Made by a program: the position numbers and the translations under genes. Below are positions 1 through 12,716 of a stretch of 64,000 bases of DNA, piece after piece (the first letter of the stretch is position 1; each line of letters starts with the position of its first letter). The notes beneath the pieces are model-generated. The model saw nothing but the letters and a program-made list of their open reading frames with translations, was not told the DNA's origin and did not search any database. The stretch covers positions 20,212,001 to 20,276,000 of the forward strand of contig OX597814.1 in NCBI GenBank assembly GCA_951406725.2, in the 5' to 3' direction. The DNA comes from Octopus vulgaris. Its lineage: Eukaryota.

Positions 1-378
1 TGTTATGGCCTAGAGGACTATAATGAATAAGAGTGAGCTGAGAACTGAGCCTTGGTGATCCCCTACTTGTACACTAAATTCATCACTGTATTTGTGGTCA
101 ACTTACTGATAGCATCACTGTACATGGCTTGTACAGCTCTAACAAGTCACTCTTCTACTCCTAGCTTCCTTAGAGAGACCACTAGACAACAGAGCAGGGA
201 ACTCCATCAAAAGCTTTCTTCAGATCAATGAAGGCTAAGTACAATGGTTTACTTTTGGCCGAAGTACTTTTTCTGCAAGTGTCTCACTAGGAAGATGGCA
301 TCTGTGGTACGCTTCTGAGGTACAAAACTAAACTGCATCTCATCAAACTTAATTCTATTCCTGATCAATTGAGCTACA
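1..378 (-). mobile_element. RTE-clade LINE reverse transcriptase fragment, decayed
   Basis: Minus strand reads DEMQFSFVP..TTDAIFLVR..LYLAFIDLKKAFD; same family as 6776-9250. Confidence 0.75.
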
Positions 379-742
379 ATGAGTGTATGAGAACAGGAAA
401 TGTAGGTTGACCTGGGAAAGAGGATAGGGTGGCTACATAGGATGGCTTAAGTATTATATGTCTAAATATTTATAAATCAAGTACCGTTAACTGTATACAA
501 CACTCATTCAGGTGCTTGCTTGAAGGTATAAGGATATAAGCAAAATATGTACTCCCACACATAGCCCAGGAGAAGTACATGAGTCACCAGGTGAAACTTC
601 ATGTATGAATTAAAATGATGGTGGGGGAGGGAGGCAAAAGAGGTGTGCAAAAACGGATGTTGCTGTGCACAGATCTTGCGCAAAATAAGTTTAGTCCCGA
701 CTTAGCTATATGGGCTTAGAAGAAAAGTAGTAGTATTAGACT

Positions 743-781
<39 letters not shown>

Positions 782-783
<2 letters not shown>

Positions 784-1060
784 TAATGTGGAATCTAAAA
801 ACAGAAACAATTCCTATCATAGTAGGTGCATTAGGCATGATAAAAAAATATTCACACAAATACATAACAAAAACACCAGGACTTACAAACACATATAACA
901 TACAGAAAATTGCACTACTAGGCACTGCACACATCCTACGTTGAACACTTTCAATACAGTAACCATCAGAGCATCACAACAAATCACAGCACATACCCAA
1001 GGCACACAGAGCTGCACTCGGTAGTGAAGTGAAAGCACGTTATAAAAATAAAACTACTGA
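782..1060 (+). mobile_element. 5'-truncated R4/Dong-type LINE 3' end inside a (TAA)n tract
   Basis: Reads MWNLKTETIPIIVGALGMI..IQKIALLGTAHILR, typical of the R4/Dong restriction-like endonuclease C-terminus; (TAA)n on both sides. Confidence 0.7.
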
Positions 1061-1063
1061 ATG

Positions 1064-1102
<39 letters not shown>

Positions 1103-1329
1103 TTAATAATAATAACAATAGCAATAAATACTAAATTAATACACATGTACATTTTAATCAGCAAATTTATTGTATAAATATTTTGCAATGGGAAGGGGAG
1201 GGTGTCTGAAATTGAAATGAAATACATGTGGCCTTGGCAAACGAGATACTGAAAACCTAGATTCATTGACTATGTCACATTTGAACAATAATAAAAACTT
1301 AGCTGTTAGTATATCTCTTATCTTTTATC

Positions 1330-1725
1330 TTTTTACTTATTTTAGTAATTTGACTACAGTCATGCTGGGGCACCGCCTTGAAGAGTTTATAGTCAAATAA
1401 ATCAATCCCAGGATTTATTTTTTAAAGCCTAGTACTTAATCTATTGGTCTCTTTTGCTGAACCACTAATTTATGGGGATGTAAACACACCAACACCAGTT
1501 ATGAAGTTGTGGCAAGGGAACAAAAACAGACACATAGATACACACACACACACACATATATACGATGGGCTTCTTTCAGTTTCTGTCTACCAAATCCACT
1601 CACAAGGCTTTAGTCAGCCTGAAGTTATTATTGGAGACACTCACCTAAGGTTCCATGCAATGGAACTGAACCCAGAACCACATCGATAGGAAGCAAGCTT
1701 CTTACCACACAGTCACGCCTGAGCC
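1330..1725 (-). mobile_element. tRNA-derived SINE, main family of this window
   Basis: Same head/body/tail as copies at about 2635-3050, 9260-9505, 12730-12890, 26060-26400, 26455-26830, 33300-33670, 38190-38350, 39280-39430, 40060-40425. Confidence 0.8.
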
Positions 1726-1740
1726 TATAAAATAATGGTG

Positions 1741-1832
1741 CACCCACAGAGGGACTTGAACCTGCAACCCATAGATCATTTTTCAGGTCAACTTTTATAA
1801 GTTTGTTGCTCTACTGGCTGAGCAATGTGGGG
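1741..1832 (-). pseudogene. Intron-containing tRNA-like pseudogene (anticodon reads TAT, body Lys/Tyr-like)
   Basis: Minus strand: CCCCACA TT GCTC AGCCAGTA GAGC A ACAAA CT TAT A [~19 nt] ATCTAT GGGTT GCAGG TTCAAGT CCCTC TGTGGGT G. D-arm, B-box and most of the acceptor stem are intact; anticodon and T stems each have two mismatches. Confidence 0.5.
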
Positions 1833-2044
1833 AAAAAAATCTTTGAAGAAAGTTGATTAATACAAAGAGTTTCTTAAGCTTTTCAAACCTGTAGAAGAGA
1901 GTAATTATTTGGACCTTGAGTATATGGTTAGTAATATGCTGATAAAAGCACTTTCACTGTCTAGACTACCTGATGCCACTCACAGCTTTAATACAAGTGT
2001 TGCTAGATCTACCTCAGAAATTCCGCTGTGTCTATTGAATTTAT

Positions 2045-2256
2045 AATGAATGAGGGAAATGGAAAATGAAATTCACAAGAATCTTTATTCATCACAACGA
2101 TCATTTTGACACATCCTGCATCAGTCCCTTGTAGGTGGGATACTAACTAGTTGAACAGTATCTCACCTGCAAGGGACCGACGCAAGATGAGTTGAAACCA
2201 CCGTTGTGATGAATAAAGATTCTTGTGAACTCCATTTTCTGTTTCCTTCATTCATT
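2045..2256. repeat. Imperfect ~100-bp-arm inverted repeat
   Basis: cacaagaatctttattcatcacaacg ... cgttgtgatgaataaagattcttgtg with pairing continuing inward to a ~12-nt loop. Confidence 0.85.
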
Positions 2257-2634
2257 ATGTACATATGTACATTATATATCATCATCGTTATCATTTAATG
2301 TCCATTGTCCATGCTGGGACAGTTTGACCAGGGCTGGTAAGCTGAGGAGCTGCACCAGACTCCAATCTGATTTGGCATGGTTTCTACAGCTTCCTAACTC
2401 CAACCACTTTGAAAGTGTACATACATGTACAAACACACATATGTTTACACTAACTAGCGGCTCACAAAGGACTTGGTGAGTGATACCAAGATACCCTTAG
2501 CCTTCTTGGTAATTTTGGCGATGTGTTTTGTCCATCGCAAATTGCTGTCGACAATAACACCCAGGTCACGTTCACATGAGGTCTTTCATGGCATTAAATA
2601 GAAAATATGTATGTAATGCTCATACATATACTCT

Positions 2635-3050
2635 TTTACTCTTTTACTCTTTTACTTGTTTCAGTCATTTGACTGCGGCCATGCTGGAGCACCGCCTTTA
2701 ATCGAGCAACTCGACCCCGGGACTTATTCTTTTGTAAGCCCAGTACTTATTCTATCGGTTTCTTTTGCCGAACCGCTAAGTAACGGGGACATAAACACAC
2801 CAGCATCGGTTGTCAAGCAATGCTAGGGGGACAAACACAGACACACAAACATACACACACACATATATATATATATACATATATACGACAGGCTTCTTTC
2901 AGTTTCCGTCTACAAAATCCACTCACAAGGCATTGGTCGGCCCGAGGCTATAGTAGAAGACTCTTGCCCAAGGTGCCACGCAGTGGGACTGAACCCGGAA
3001 CCATGTGGTTGGTAAACAAGCTACTTACCACACAGCCACTCCTACGCCTA
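2635..3050 (-). mobile_element. Young full-length tRNA-derived SINE
   Basis: Near-identical to 56135-56515 and to the reverse complement of 14550-14970; repeated cttttact tail. Confidence 0.85.
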
Positions 3051-3097
3051 TATCATGATATTTATCAATCACATTGTTGCTGAATTCATAGACGACA

Positions 3098-3935
3098 CTA
3101 AGTCGCTTAACTTGATATATATGATGTAACCGGTAATTCCCGGGCAAGCAAGGCTTATCCCTTGGTTCCATTCTCATAATTGTTTCGCTAATCCAATAAC
3201 AACATTACAAAGTATGTAGCCCTTAAAACGGTTTTTGTGCATTTACAGAGAATACCTGTCTTACACAGGATCTTGTTTTTAGGAATTCCCAATAAGTTAT
3301 GAAAACCCAAATTGTGAAGTCAGTTATGTAATAACATGAAATTACTTACCCGATAGTAAGAATTCAAATAAAGTAGCCCCGAAAAGGGCTTTAATGCGTT
3401 CCCAGAGTATAATAGAACATAGGAGGAAATACTAATAAGGTATGTATACTAAAATCATGAAGCATGTAATGTAATAGCAGGCTAATTAGATATGAGATAA
3501 TAACAATTCTAAGTAAATAACACTGAAAAGGGCTTTGTGTGTTCCCAGAGAATATTACCCCCAGGGGCGCTAGTGTTGGGATATTCGTGAACAAGTCACT
3601 AATCAAAATAAGTGGATCTGTTGTTTAGGAAAATACTATTTACTTGTTTAATGGTTGTACTGGATAAATACTAAGAAATAAGCATACTCAATTTCATTTT
3701 TACCAAATAATTTAGGAAAAAGAATGGGTTATTTTCCTTGGTTATATATAAGGATCCCTTCCAGTGGCCCTATTATCAATTTTGTTTTCAACAATCTGAG
3801 TATGCCGTGAGATTTCCAGACATGAGTCCTACTCATGTATCAAGTTTCATCAAAATCGATAAAACAATGTAGGAGTTAGCTAACAACTTCACAAACACAC
3901 CCGCAGATAGAATTTCCCTCATATGTAGTATATAT
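3098..3935 (-). mobile_element. Probable non-autonomous Helitron, decayed
   Basis: Helitron-like 5' region (aagtttcatcaaaatcg..tgtaggag..acaaacacac) and a cccggg..ccgg hairpin near the other end; ends approximate. Confidence 0.4.
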
Positions 3936-4004
3936 GTTACAGACTCCTTTAAGTTTCCTTCTACTAATTCTACTCACAAAGCTTTGGTGTGTGTGTGTGT
4001 GTGT

Positions 4005-4027
4005 ATAGCTAGCTAGCTAGATAGATG

Positions 4028-4074
<47 letters not shown>

Positions 4075-4228
4075 TTCTTTATTGGCCACACAAGGCTGAA
4101 CACAGAAGGGACAAAATACAAAGTAGAGCTTTTCTTTTTGGGAAGAAGGAAAAAAAAAAAGATGGGGGAGCAAATTCCGATCAAAAGGGATCGTGAAAAA
4201 AAAAAGACAGATAGATAGATAGACAGAC

Positions 4229-4291
<63 letters not shown>

Positions 4292-4331
4292 CAGACAGAC
4301 AAACAGACTGACAGACAGGTAGACAGACAGA

Positions 4332-4409
<78 letters not shown>

Positions 4410-4462
4410 GATAGACAGACGGACAGACAGACAGACGGACAGACAGACGGACAGACAGATAG
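4005..4462. repeat. Compound (GATA)n/(GACA)n microsatellite with a short embedded repeat fragment
   Basis: Directly visible. Confidence 0.95.
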
Positions 4463-4617
4463 ATCAATATAGATACGCACACATATATATGCATGTATGT
4501 TTACTTATACACACCCATGTATATACATACAATAATATAAAAAAAATATATGTTGAATATATTCTTGAGTTAGGTTTTAGTTATTTGTAAAAAAAAACCA
4601 GTGCCCATAGTCTATAA

Positions 4618-4842
4618 CAGGGGTGGGCAAACTACGGCCCGCGGGCCGCATGCGGCCCGCCATAGGTTTTCATGCGGCCCGCCGAGAGGAATATTTCACA
4701 AAATTTCCTTTCAATCAATTGTGTGTTTATAGGTCTATAACCGCCTTTAAAAATATTTTCACTTGATTTTTATAAATGAGGCCCGCCAAGGTTCCAAAGA
4801 CGCACTGTGCGGCCCGCGATCAAAAAAGTTTGCCCACCCCTG
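4618..4842. mobile_element. hAT (Charlie/Buster-type) MITE, young
   Basis: TIRs caggggtgggcaaact / agtttgcccacccctg; perfect 8-bp TSD gtctataa at 4610-4617 and 4843-4850. Confidence 0.92.
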
Positions 4843-5664
4843 GTCTATAAGGACCATCTGAATTAGTTAAGATGAGAAGAAATGTTAATAACAGAGTTTG
4901 GGAAATGTGATACATGAACTGAATTGTCTAATTTAGTGCAGTGGAAACTACTTGCCAATAGCTGGTTTCACAATGATTACTTTGTTGCCTGTATGAAAGC
5001 AGAGAAAAAAAAAGTATTTAGATTCCTAAAATATATTAGCTTTCTTTTGCTGAACAACTTCAGTGATATTTAAAGCAGAAAACAAATTTTAAAAAGGATG
5101 ATTAATTGAATGCTCATCTTTATTGTAAAATTTTAGGGATAAAGAAACTAATCTTTTAATATTTTGTTTTGTTAGTTTCTGAAAACTGATACCTGCTGTC
5201 ATTGATTTCAGTCAGTCCCCATGAGTTAAGGAAAACGGTAGTAATATGAGATGCAAGTGCTGATGACACAGCATATTCAACAAAATAATGGCAAAAGTAC
5301 TTTCAGGTCAGGTGACAAATGAAATACAAAAAGCACTTTTTTTTTAATATGATAAAAATATATTTAAACACTGAGACATTTTTTATTGATTTTATTTTCT
5401 GTCATTTAGTTTTAACATTTCAAACAATTAATTTAGTCATATCACAATAATATGATCTAAGATTCTTGTTATATACTGACGTCCCAATATGGTCACAGCT
5501 GAAACATGATCAAGAAAACAAATTATTGATTTTTAAAAAATGACACACATCTCTATGAAATTATTAAACAGTAGGAATCAACTTAGAATAAAAACTGACT
5601 TACTAGCCTGCCTGCTAGAAACTTAACTCCTGCTCAGTAGAGCTCACCACAAATTAACCCAAAT

Positions 5665-5880
5665 ATTGATTTCAAATTTTGGCACAAGGCCAGCAAGTTT
5701 AGGGGAGGGGATAAGGTGATAATTTCAATGCCAGTATTCATTGTCATTTATTTACTGACCCTGGAAAGGATGAAAGGTCAAGTCAACTTTGGCAGAATTT
5801 GAACTCAGGATGCAAAGACAGATGAAATGCCACTAAGAATTTTCCCACCATGCTAACAATTCTGCCAGCTTACTGCCTCA
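5665..5880 (-). mobile_element. Second tRNA-derived SINE family
   Basis: Matches 27120-27320, 47245-47435 and the + copies at 49070-49995. Confidence 0.75.
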
Positions 5881-6775
5881 CAAGATAAACTAAAATATTA
5901 AGAACAAAATATTTTTTTTACATGGATCTGAAGTTTGGACTATCAGAATATTTTCAATCACGTTTTACAGATATAATAACATCACTAAAATTGATACTCT
6001 TTTCCACATAAAGATTTTATTCTTGTCTTTTGCAAAAAGACAAGAATTGTTATAATGTACTAAACTAGATTTGGTTTTATATATATATATATATATTTAC
6101 AGTATACTTCTCTGTATACTTTAAAAGTCTACCTAAGCAATGCATTAAAATGTTGGTATCCAGGCTGAGAATTAACCAATTAACAACCATTGCAAACACA
6201 ATTGTAAAGTGGAACAATAAAAATATGCAAGACTTTCCTAAAGTTCAACATGAAATACTATCATTTGTCTTATTCATTTTCTAACAATGGAGCTATTTTT
6301 TTTTTGTTGGAAAACAGCTTTTTTATTGGAAAAAATTTTTGAGGCAGTATTTTATGGTTGGATGCCCTGTCTGATGGATTTTTATTGGTAATATGCTATG
6401 TTCTGTGTGTCATCATATGACATAATTATTTATGTCATATGATGTTAATGGGAAGACATGTTGAGACAAACACACACACACACACACACGTGCACATGTG
6501 CATGTGTGTGTTGATGGGCATGTATGTATGCATGTATCTATGTACATTTGAAAAAATAGTAGGCAAAGAATGTCATTGATATTTCAAAGTTTTACTTTCT
6601 ACAACTGTTTCAATAATGCACATGAATATTCACAATTATATAATTATTAACAACATAATTGTACAGGACTTGAGTATTATCTTTTCATCTTTTCATGCAT
6701 ATTTTCAAAAGAAGAAAATGAAATCAGTCATAGCCCAGTCTGTGTGTATGTATGTGTATATATATATATATATAT

Positions 6776-9250
6776 GCCAAATGTTGATCCTGTAGAGGGA
6801 CTAGCTATCCAAATAGACACTACCCTGGTAGATAAAGCAATTAAGGGTATGAAGCCAAGAAAAGTCCCCAGCCAATCAGGAATCACCGCTAAGGTGCTTA
6901 AAACATCTGGTGGTATGGGCTATGGCCTAGTCACCTGTATTGTAGACCAGGTAGTTCATGATGGAGTCATAGCCAATGACTGGCATAGCAGTACCATTGT
7001 CAACTGCTACAAAGGTAAAGGTGATGCTTTAGATAGAAATAACTACAGGGGTATCAAATTTGCTGGATCAGGTGATGAAGGTCACAGAGAGGGTCATAGC
7101 CCAACTAATTGAGGAGAGAGTCTGCTTAGATGAGATGCAGTTCAGTTTTGTGCCAGGTAGAAGCACCACCGATGCTATAATCCTGGTACGGCAACTGCAG
7201 GAGAAATATCTAGCCAAATATAAACCCCTATATTTGGCTTTTGTGGACTTGGAGAAAGCCTCGATCCCTTATCTGGTGGACAATGCAGAAACTGGGGATT
7301 GACAAATGGTTAATAAGGGCTGTGCAGGCCCTATACAGAGACGCTGTTAGTAGGGTTGGGATTGGCAATGAATATAGTGAAGAATTCCAGATAGAAGTAG
7401 AGGTCCACCAAGGATCAGCCCTCAGCCCCCTCTTATTCATCATAGTCCTCCAGGTAATAACAGAGGAATTCAAGACAGGTTGCTCCTGGGAGCTCCTCTA
7501 TGCTGATAACGAGGCCCTCATAGCAGAATCACAACCAGAACAAGAGAAGAAACTTCAAGTGTGGAAGCAAGGTTTAGAATCAAAGGGCCTTAGAGTCAAT
7601 GTTGCAAAGACCAAAGTTCTATTAACTAGGAAGGCGAACACATCACACACCCCTTCAGGTAGATGGCCATGCTTCCTGCTTAATCTGTAGAAAAAGTGTA
7701 GGTAGAAACTCCATAAGATGTACTCAGTGTAAGTTATGGACACATAAGAGGTGCAACATCAAAGGAAGATTAACTGGGAAGATAGCTTTTGTGTGCAGCA
7801 GATGTACAGGGGCAATAAGCACTACAGATGCTCAGAAAACAGACTCCATCACATGCCAGTGGGGAGAAACTAGAAGTAGTTGATAGCTTCCGCTACCTAG
7901 GTGACCAAGTCTGTAGTGGGGGTGGATGCTCAGAGAGTGTTACTACTAGAATAAGAATAGCCTGGGCAAAGTTCAGAAAGCTTCTACCCCTACTGGTGAC
8001 AAAGGGTCTCTCACTCAGAGTGAAAGGTAGATTGTAAGATGCATGCGTACGAACTGCCATGCTTCGCGGCAGTGAAACATGAGCCATGACTGCTGAAGAC
8101 ATGCGTAGGCTCGAAAGAAATGAAGCTAGCATGATCCACTGGATCTGTAATGTCAGTGTGCACACACAACAGAGTGTAAGCGCCATGAGAGAAATATCTC
8201 TCTATATATAAACGGCAGTTTGTCTGTCTGTGTGTCTGTCAGGTTGTACCCTCACCCTGACCACGGCTTTCAACCGATTCTGATAAAACTTGACACACAC
8301 ATAGCCCAATGTCATAATTCAAAACTAACGCAGCGAAAATTTTGAAAAGTTCCCCCAGTTCTGAAAAAAATTGATAAATTCGACATGGGGTCAAGAATCT
8401 AAGCTTTTTATATGCAACACATTTTCTACAGACTGTCTAGGGGATGCAACTCGACCTTTTTAACTCTCGGAACATGTGGGGTAAGTATCCCAAAATGTAT
8501 AAAAATGTACAAAAACGGCAAAAAAGCGGGCAGCAATGTGAGTGACAACAACGAAAAAGTCAAAAGTGACCAAACTGAACAAACGAATGGAAAAGGTTTT
8601 TTTGATGCACACGACAAAAGCGGTTTATAATAAACCAAGAGTTTGCAAGTAGCGTCCGAGGACCCTTAGGGTACGTCAAAACTTTAAGGTAAAACGTTTG
8701 GTGGGGGTAGTTATAAAGAAAGTTTAAGCAAAAAAAAGGATTCGAATAACTTGCGGCTGCAGCAGCTATTAGCAGAAGTGGCGGTGTTAGGGGTAAAGTC
8801 TCGAATGTAATTTCTTCCTGGTAGGAATTGGTTGGGTTGAATTATCGATAGCTGTTTGATAGTTATTTGGGAATGAAGAGAAGACATTGCAACCTACACA
8901 TGCGCCTTCGTTCCCTAGAGGGAAAGGACTAGATTGGGATTAGTCGTTGCTTACTAGGGGCTCTTACATACCCGGGCAACGCTGGGCTATGCTGCTAGTT
9001 AGCTATAAGAAGCATCAGATGTGGCATGCAAGAGAGACGTTTGCATTGGTATGGTCATGTACTGTGGATGGACGAGGAGAGCTGTGTGAAGAAGTGCCAC
9101 TCCCAAACAGCGGAAGGAATCCTGGGTAGCGGGAGATCCAGGAAGACATGAGATGAGGTGGTGAAGCATGACCTTCGAACGTTGGGCCTCACAAAGGCAA
9201 TGACAAAAGACCGAAACCTCTTGAGGTATGCTGTGACTGAGAAGACCCAG
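6776..9250 (+). mobile_element. RTE-clade LINE ORF pseudogene interrupted by a Helitron
   Basis: RT motifs YKGKGD..NYRGI, QFSF..GRSTTDAI, FVDLEKA, HQGSALSPLLF, LYADN (catalytic D to N), FRYLG; frameshifts and stops; coding resumes after 8998 (QERRLHWYGHV). Confidence 0.9.
8197..8998 (+). mobile_element. Non-autonomous Helitron
   Basis: 5' TC(tctctatatataaa), 3' hairpin cccgggcaacgctggg then CTAG, sits between A and T, no TSD, splits the RTE ORF. Confidence 0.8.
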
Positions 9251-9638
9251 AAAATAAAGTATCTTTAGCCAAGCTGCCAACTTACAGGGACATAAACAAA
9301 CCAAGTTGTCAAGCAGTGCGAAGGGGGGAGGATACAAACACACACACACACACATACACATCAGGCTTCCACACAGTTTCCATCTACCAAATTCATTCAT
9401 TGTTTGACCCAGACCTACAGTAGAAAGTGCTCCATCATGAGGCTGAAACATCGTGAGACTGAACATGAGTGGTTGCTAAATGAACTTCTTTACCACACAA
9501 CCATGCTTATTTCTTCTGTATCTCTTCATCAGATATTCAGAATCTATTCTTTATTCTTTGCTTTGACTTCTTGGAAACATTAAACCAAATATCTAATTCC
9601 TTCTCTTGTTGAATCTCCACCAACAAACTTTGTAATAA

Positions 9639-10260
9639 TCTATATGTGTAAAGATGAGAATGTGTGTCTGTCTGTCTATCTGTGTAAATCCCTAAAACTT
9701 ACCCTTCCAATTGCTATAGATCTGTAATGCATCTTACAGCTGTACCCGTCACCTGTATGTTGAGGAATCCTAGATTGGAGAGTGTTAATGACTAGGGTAG
9801 GGTAGCTGACTGCTTATTCTGATCATTCATCTTTTGGTTTCCTGCAGCTTTGCTCTCTTTTACAAACCCAGTGAACATACATATATTTCCGATTTCAAAG
9901 AAATTTGAACAATAGATATAAGACCCAAGTTAAAAAGATTCCCAACAATTCAACTTCTCTGGTTGACTTTAAAACACCCACCCCCAATAGGGGCCTTAAC
10001 TCTCACATTTTAGAGCTCCATGAGCTCCATTTTTCAGGAGCAAAAGCCTTTGAATAGGTTCCATAACATTTGGATTTTGGAAACTGGGCATAAAGATGAG
10101 TAGTATGGGATAAATGTGTCATGATTAGAATTTTTGTTTGGGCACGTAAAGAGGGAAAGAACCTTTATTATAGTTATTCCAGTTAATTAGAGAAAATACA
10201 AAAGTCAAGTCTAATTCTTCCATTCCATGTGACATGGGCAACGCTGGGTGACTCTGCAAG
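9639..10260 (+). mobile_element. Older non-autonomous Helitron
   Basis: 5' tctatatgtgtaaag..gtctgtctgt; 3' gggcaacgctgggtgactctgcaag resembles the 8971-8998 terminus. Confidence 0.6.
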
Positions 10261-10720
10261 TAAAAATATAAAATGAAGACCTTACTATGTATCTGAGGTC
10301 AAATTATTCATGTATCCCAAGTATAGAACCAATTTGCACAGCTGTTTTTCCATGAAAAGCAAATACTAGCACATACAGGTCTATTTTATATAATAGATGC
10401 ATAAACATATACATACTTATATATACATGCTTGTACATGCGTGCACGCATGCACACACACACATTTCATATATATTTTCATATGTCCAACTTGTTCCTGA
10501 AATTCAGGATGGCTTTTAGTTTTTAAAGAAGTGCACATCTCCAGTAATATCACTTGTGTACTCCACTAAATTCTGCATTGTCATACTATTCAATTTATCT
10601 CTCTATACATCTGCCATGTAAATATGCTTTGCTACTCTCTGATTCTGTAAATCACTTCCTCATCTACTTACATATTTTTAATTTTCTTGCCAATCTCTTT
10701 CTCTTTCGTTCCCTCTAACT

Positions 10721-10977
10721 CAGTGCTACTCAAAGTGGTGGTCTGTGGACCAGTGCTGGTCCATGAGCAATAAGCTGCCAGTACACTACTTTTCAAGAAA
10801 AGAAAGAAACACTATAAAATGCTTGTAATATTGTATTATTTGTTTACAAAATAGATATAAGGCAAAAAAAGTTGTCAACTTTTATTATATTCCTTGTATA
10901 TATTGTTTCCAGTATAAATTAATATTAGTAAGAAATATTATCGGTCCCAAGCACATTGGATTGTTTGAGAAGTACTA
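10721..10977. mobile_element. hAT-Charlie MITE
   Basis: TIRs cagtgctactcaaa / tttgagaagtacta; 8-bp TSD ctctaact on both sides. Confidence 0.85.
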
Positions 10978-11260
10978 CTCTAACTGACTCTCTATCTTGT
11001 CTTTCTATGTATGTTTCTTTGGGAGCTATTTTAAGTTTTTCTTGTTTCAGAATTGAAACCAGTCAATTACAGCCGCTAAAGAGCAAAACCCTTTTCTTTA
11101 AGTCAAGATGGCTCTTGCAGTTTATAGTTACATAAATTGACTGATGTATGTATATATTATGTGTGTAAATCAACTTGCACTTGTGGGCATGCGTACCACA
11201 ATGGAACATGTATGTATGTTCTCTTTCTCTTTTTGATAACAAGTTGTGAAGGAATGTATC

Positions 11261-11262
<2 letters not shown>

Positions 11263-11334
<72 letters not shown>
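11263..11334. repeat. (GT)n microsatellite
   Basis: Directly visible. Confidence 0.95.
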
Positions 11335-11337
<3 letters not shown>

Positions 11338-11614
11338 CATCTTTCTTTTTTCTCTCTCTCACTTTCTTTATTTCTTTCTTTCAAATGTACCTAACTACCT
11401 ATCTGAATAGTCATCTTATACTCTCTAGCTAATACTAATCTATTGACCGACCTATGTACCAAGCCTGGCTGTCTACCTGTCTGCTGTCTACTTATCTGTC
11501 TATCTGTTTAGCTCAGTCTGTCTACTTATATATTTACTTCTGTCACATCATTCAGCTTTCTCTAAAGTTTAGCTTTAAACTCTATATGTATATGTATTAT
11601 GTATATGTGTGTTG

Positions 11615-11900
11615 GGGCGTGGTTAGTGGTTGGGGTACTCAGCTCACAATTGTAAGGTTGTGAGCTTGATTTCTGATGGTACATCGTGTCCTTGGGCAAT
11701 GCACTTTATTTCATGTTGCTTCAGTCCTCTCAGCTGGCAAAAATGTGTTGCATCTTTAGTGCAATGAGCCAACCTTGTCACATTTATTGACGGCGAAGTA
11801 TGTTAAGGGTACGTGTCCCTGTGGAGTGCTCCGCCACTTGTACGTTAATTTCTTGAGCAGACTGTTTCATTGATTCAGTCAACTGGAACACTCAATATAT
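11615..11900 (+). mobile_element. Third tRNA-derived SINE family, decayed
   Basis: A/B-box-like head followed by gtgtccttgggcaa..cacttt body. Confidence 0.55.
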
Positions 11901-11968
11901 TGCCCAGCATATATAAATCCTTAAAAATGTTTTAGCCCGAAGGCCGCGGCCATGCTGGGGCACCATCG

Positions 11969-12005
<37 letters not shown>

Positions 12006-12042
12006 AAAAAAGGAGATGTCGAACACGAGTGGTGATATATAA

Positions 12043-12596
12043 AAAAGGAAATGAAGAAAATGCTGACAAATAATTGAAGTAATTTAAGTAATTTAATTAG
12101 GTGAAAGTTCTTTTTACCGGTTGCGCATTTGTTATGCTTATCAAAATATAAAAGAGAGATTAGAGTCTGTCTCTTATATGTGAAAAAAAGAGGCTCCAGA
12201 GTTGTTTTGGATTTGCTTGGTTTCGCCCTAAAATTTTAATTGGTCATTATGAAGGGGTCACGTGAATGTTTGAATGGAAGTTGGTGTTGGGGTAAGAAAA
12301 AAGGCTCCAGAGAAGCCAAATTTTAACTTCTCTGGAGCCTTTTTTCTTACCCCAACACCAACTTCCATTCAAACATTCACGTGACCCTTCATAATGACCA
12401 ATTAAAATTTTAGCGCGAAACCAAGCAAATCCAAACAACTCTGGAGCCTCTTTTTTCACATATAAGAGACAGACTCTAATCTCTCTTTTATATTTTGATA
12501 AGCATAACAAATGCGCAACCGGTAAAAAGAACTTTCACCTAATTAAATTACTTAAATTACTTCAATTATTTGTCAGCATTTTCTTCATTTCCTTTT
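12043..12596. repeat. ~270-bp-arm near-perfect inverted repeat between (TA)n tracts, probable Penelope-like terminal repeat
   Basis: Arms 12043-12315 and 12327-12596, 11-nt loop, about four differences (three homopolymer indels, one substitution). Confidence 0.9.
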
Positions 12597-12674
12597 ATAT
12601 ATATATATATATATATATATAACGGGAAGCTTTATGAAAATAAACAAAAGACGAAGGCAGGTGGAATACAAACA

Positions 12675-12716
<42 letters not shown>

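Noticed and set aside
8091-8116. ctgaagac..gcgtaggctcgaaa, resembling the hammerhead motifs
   Set aside because: Inside RTE coding sequence, with no proper stem II or helix III; treated as coincidence
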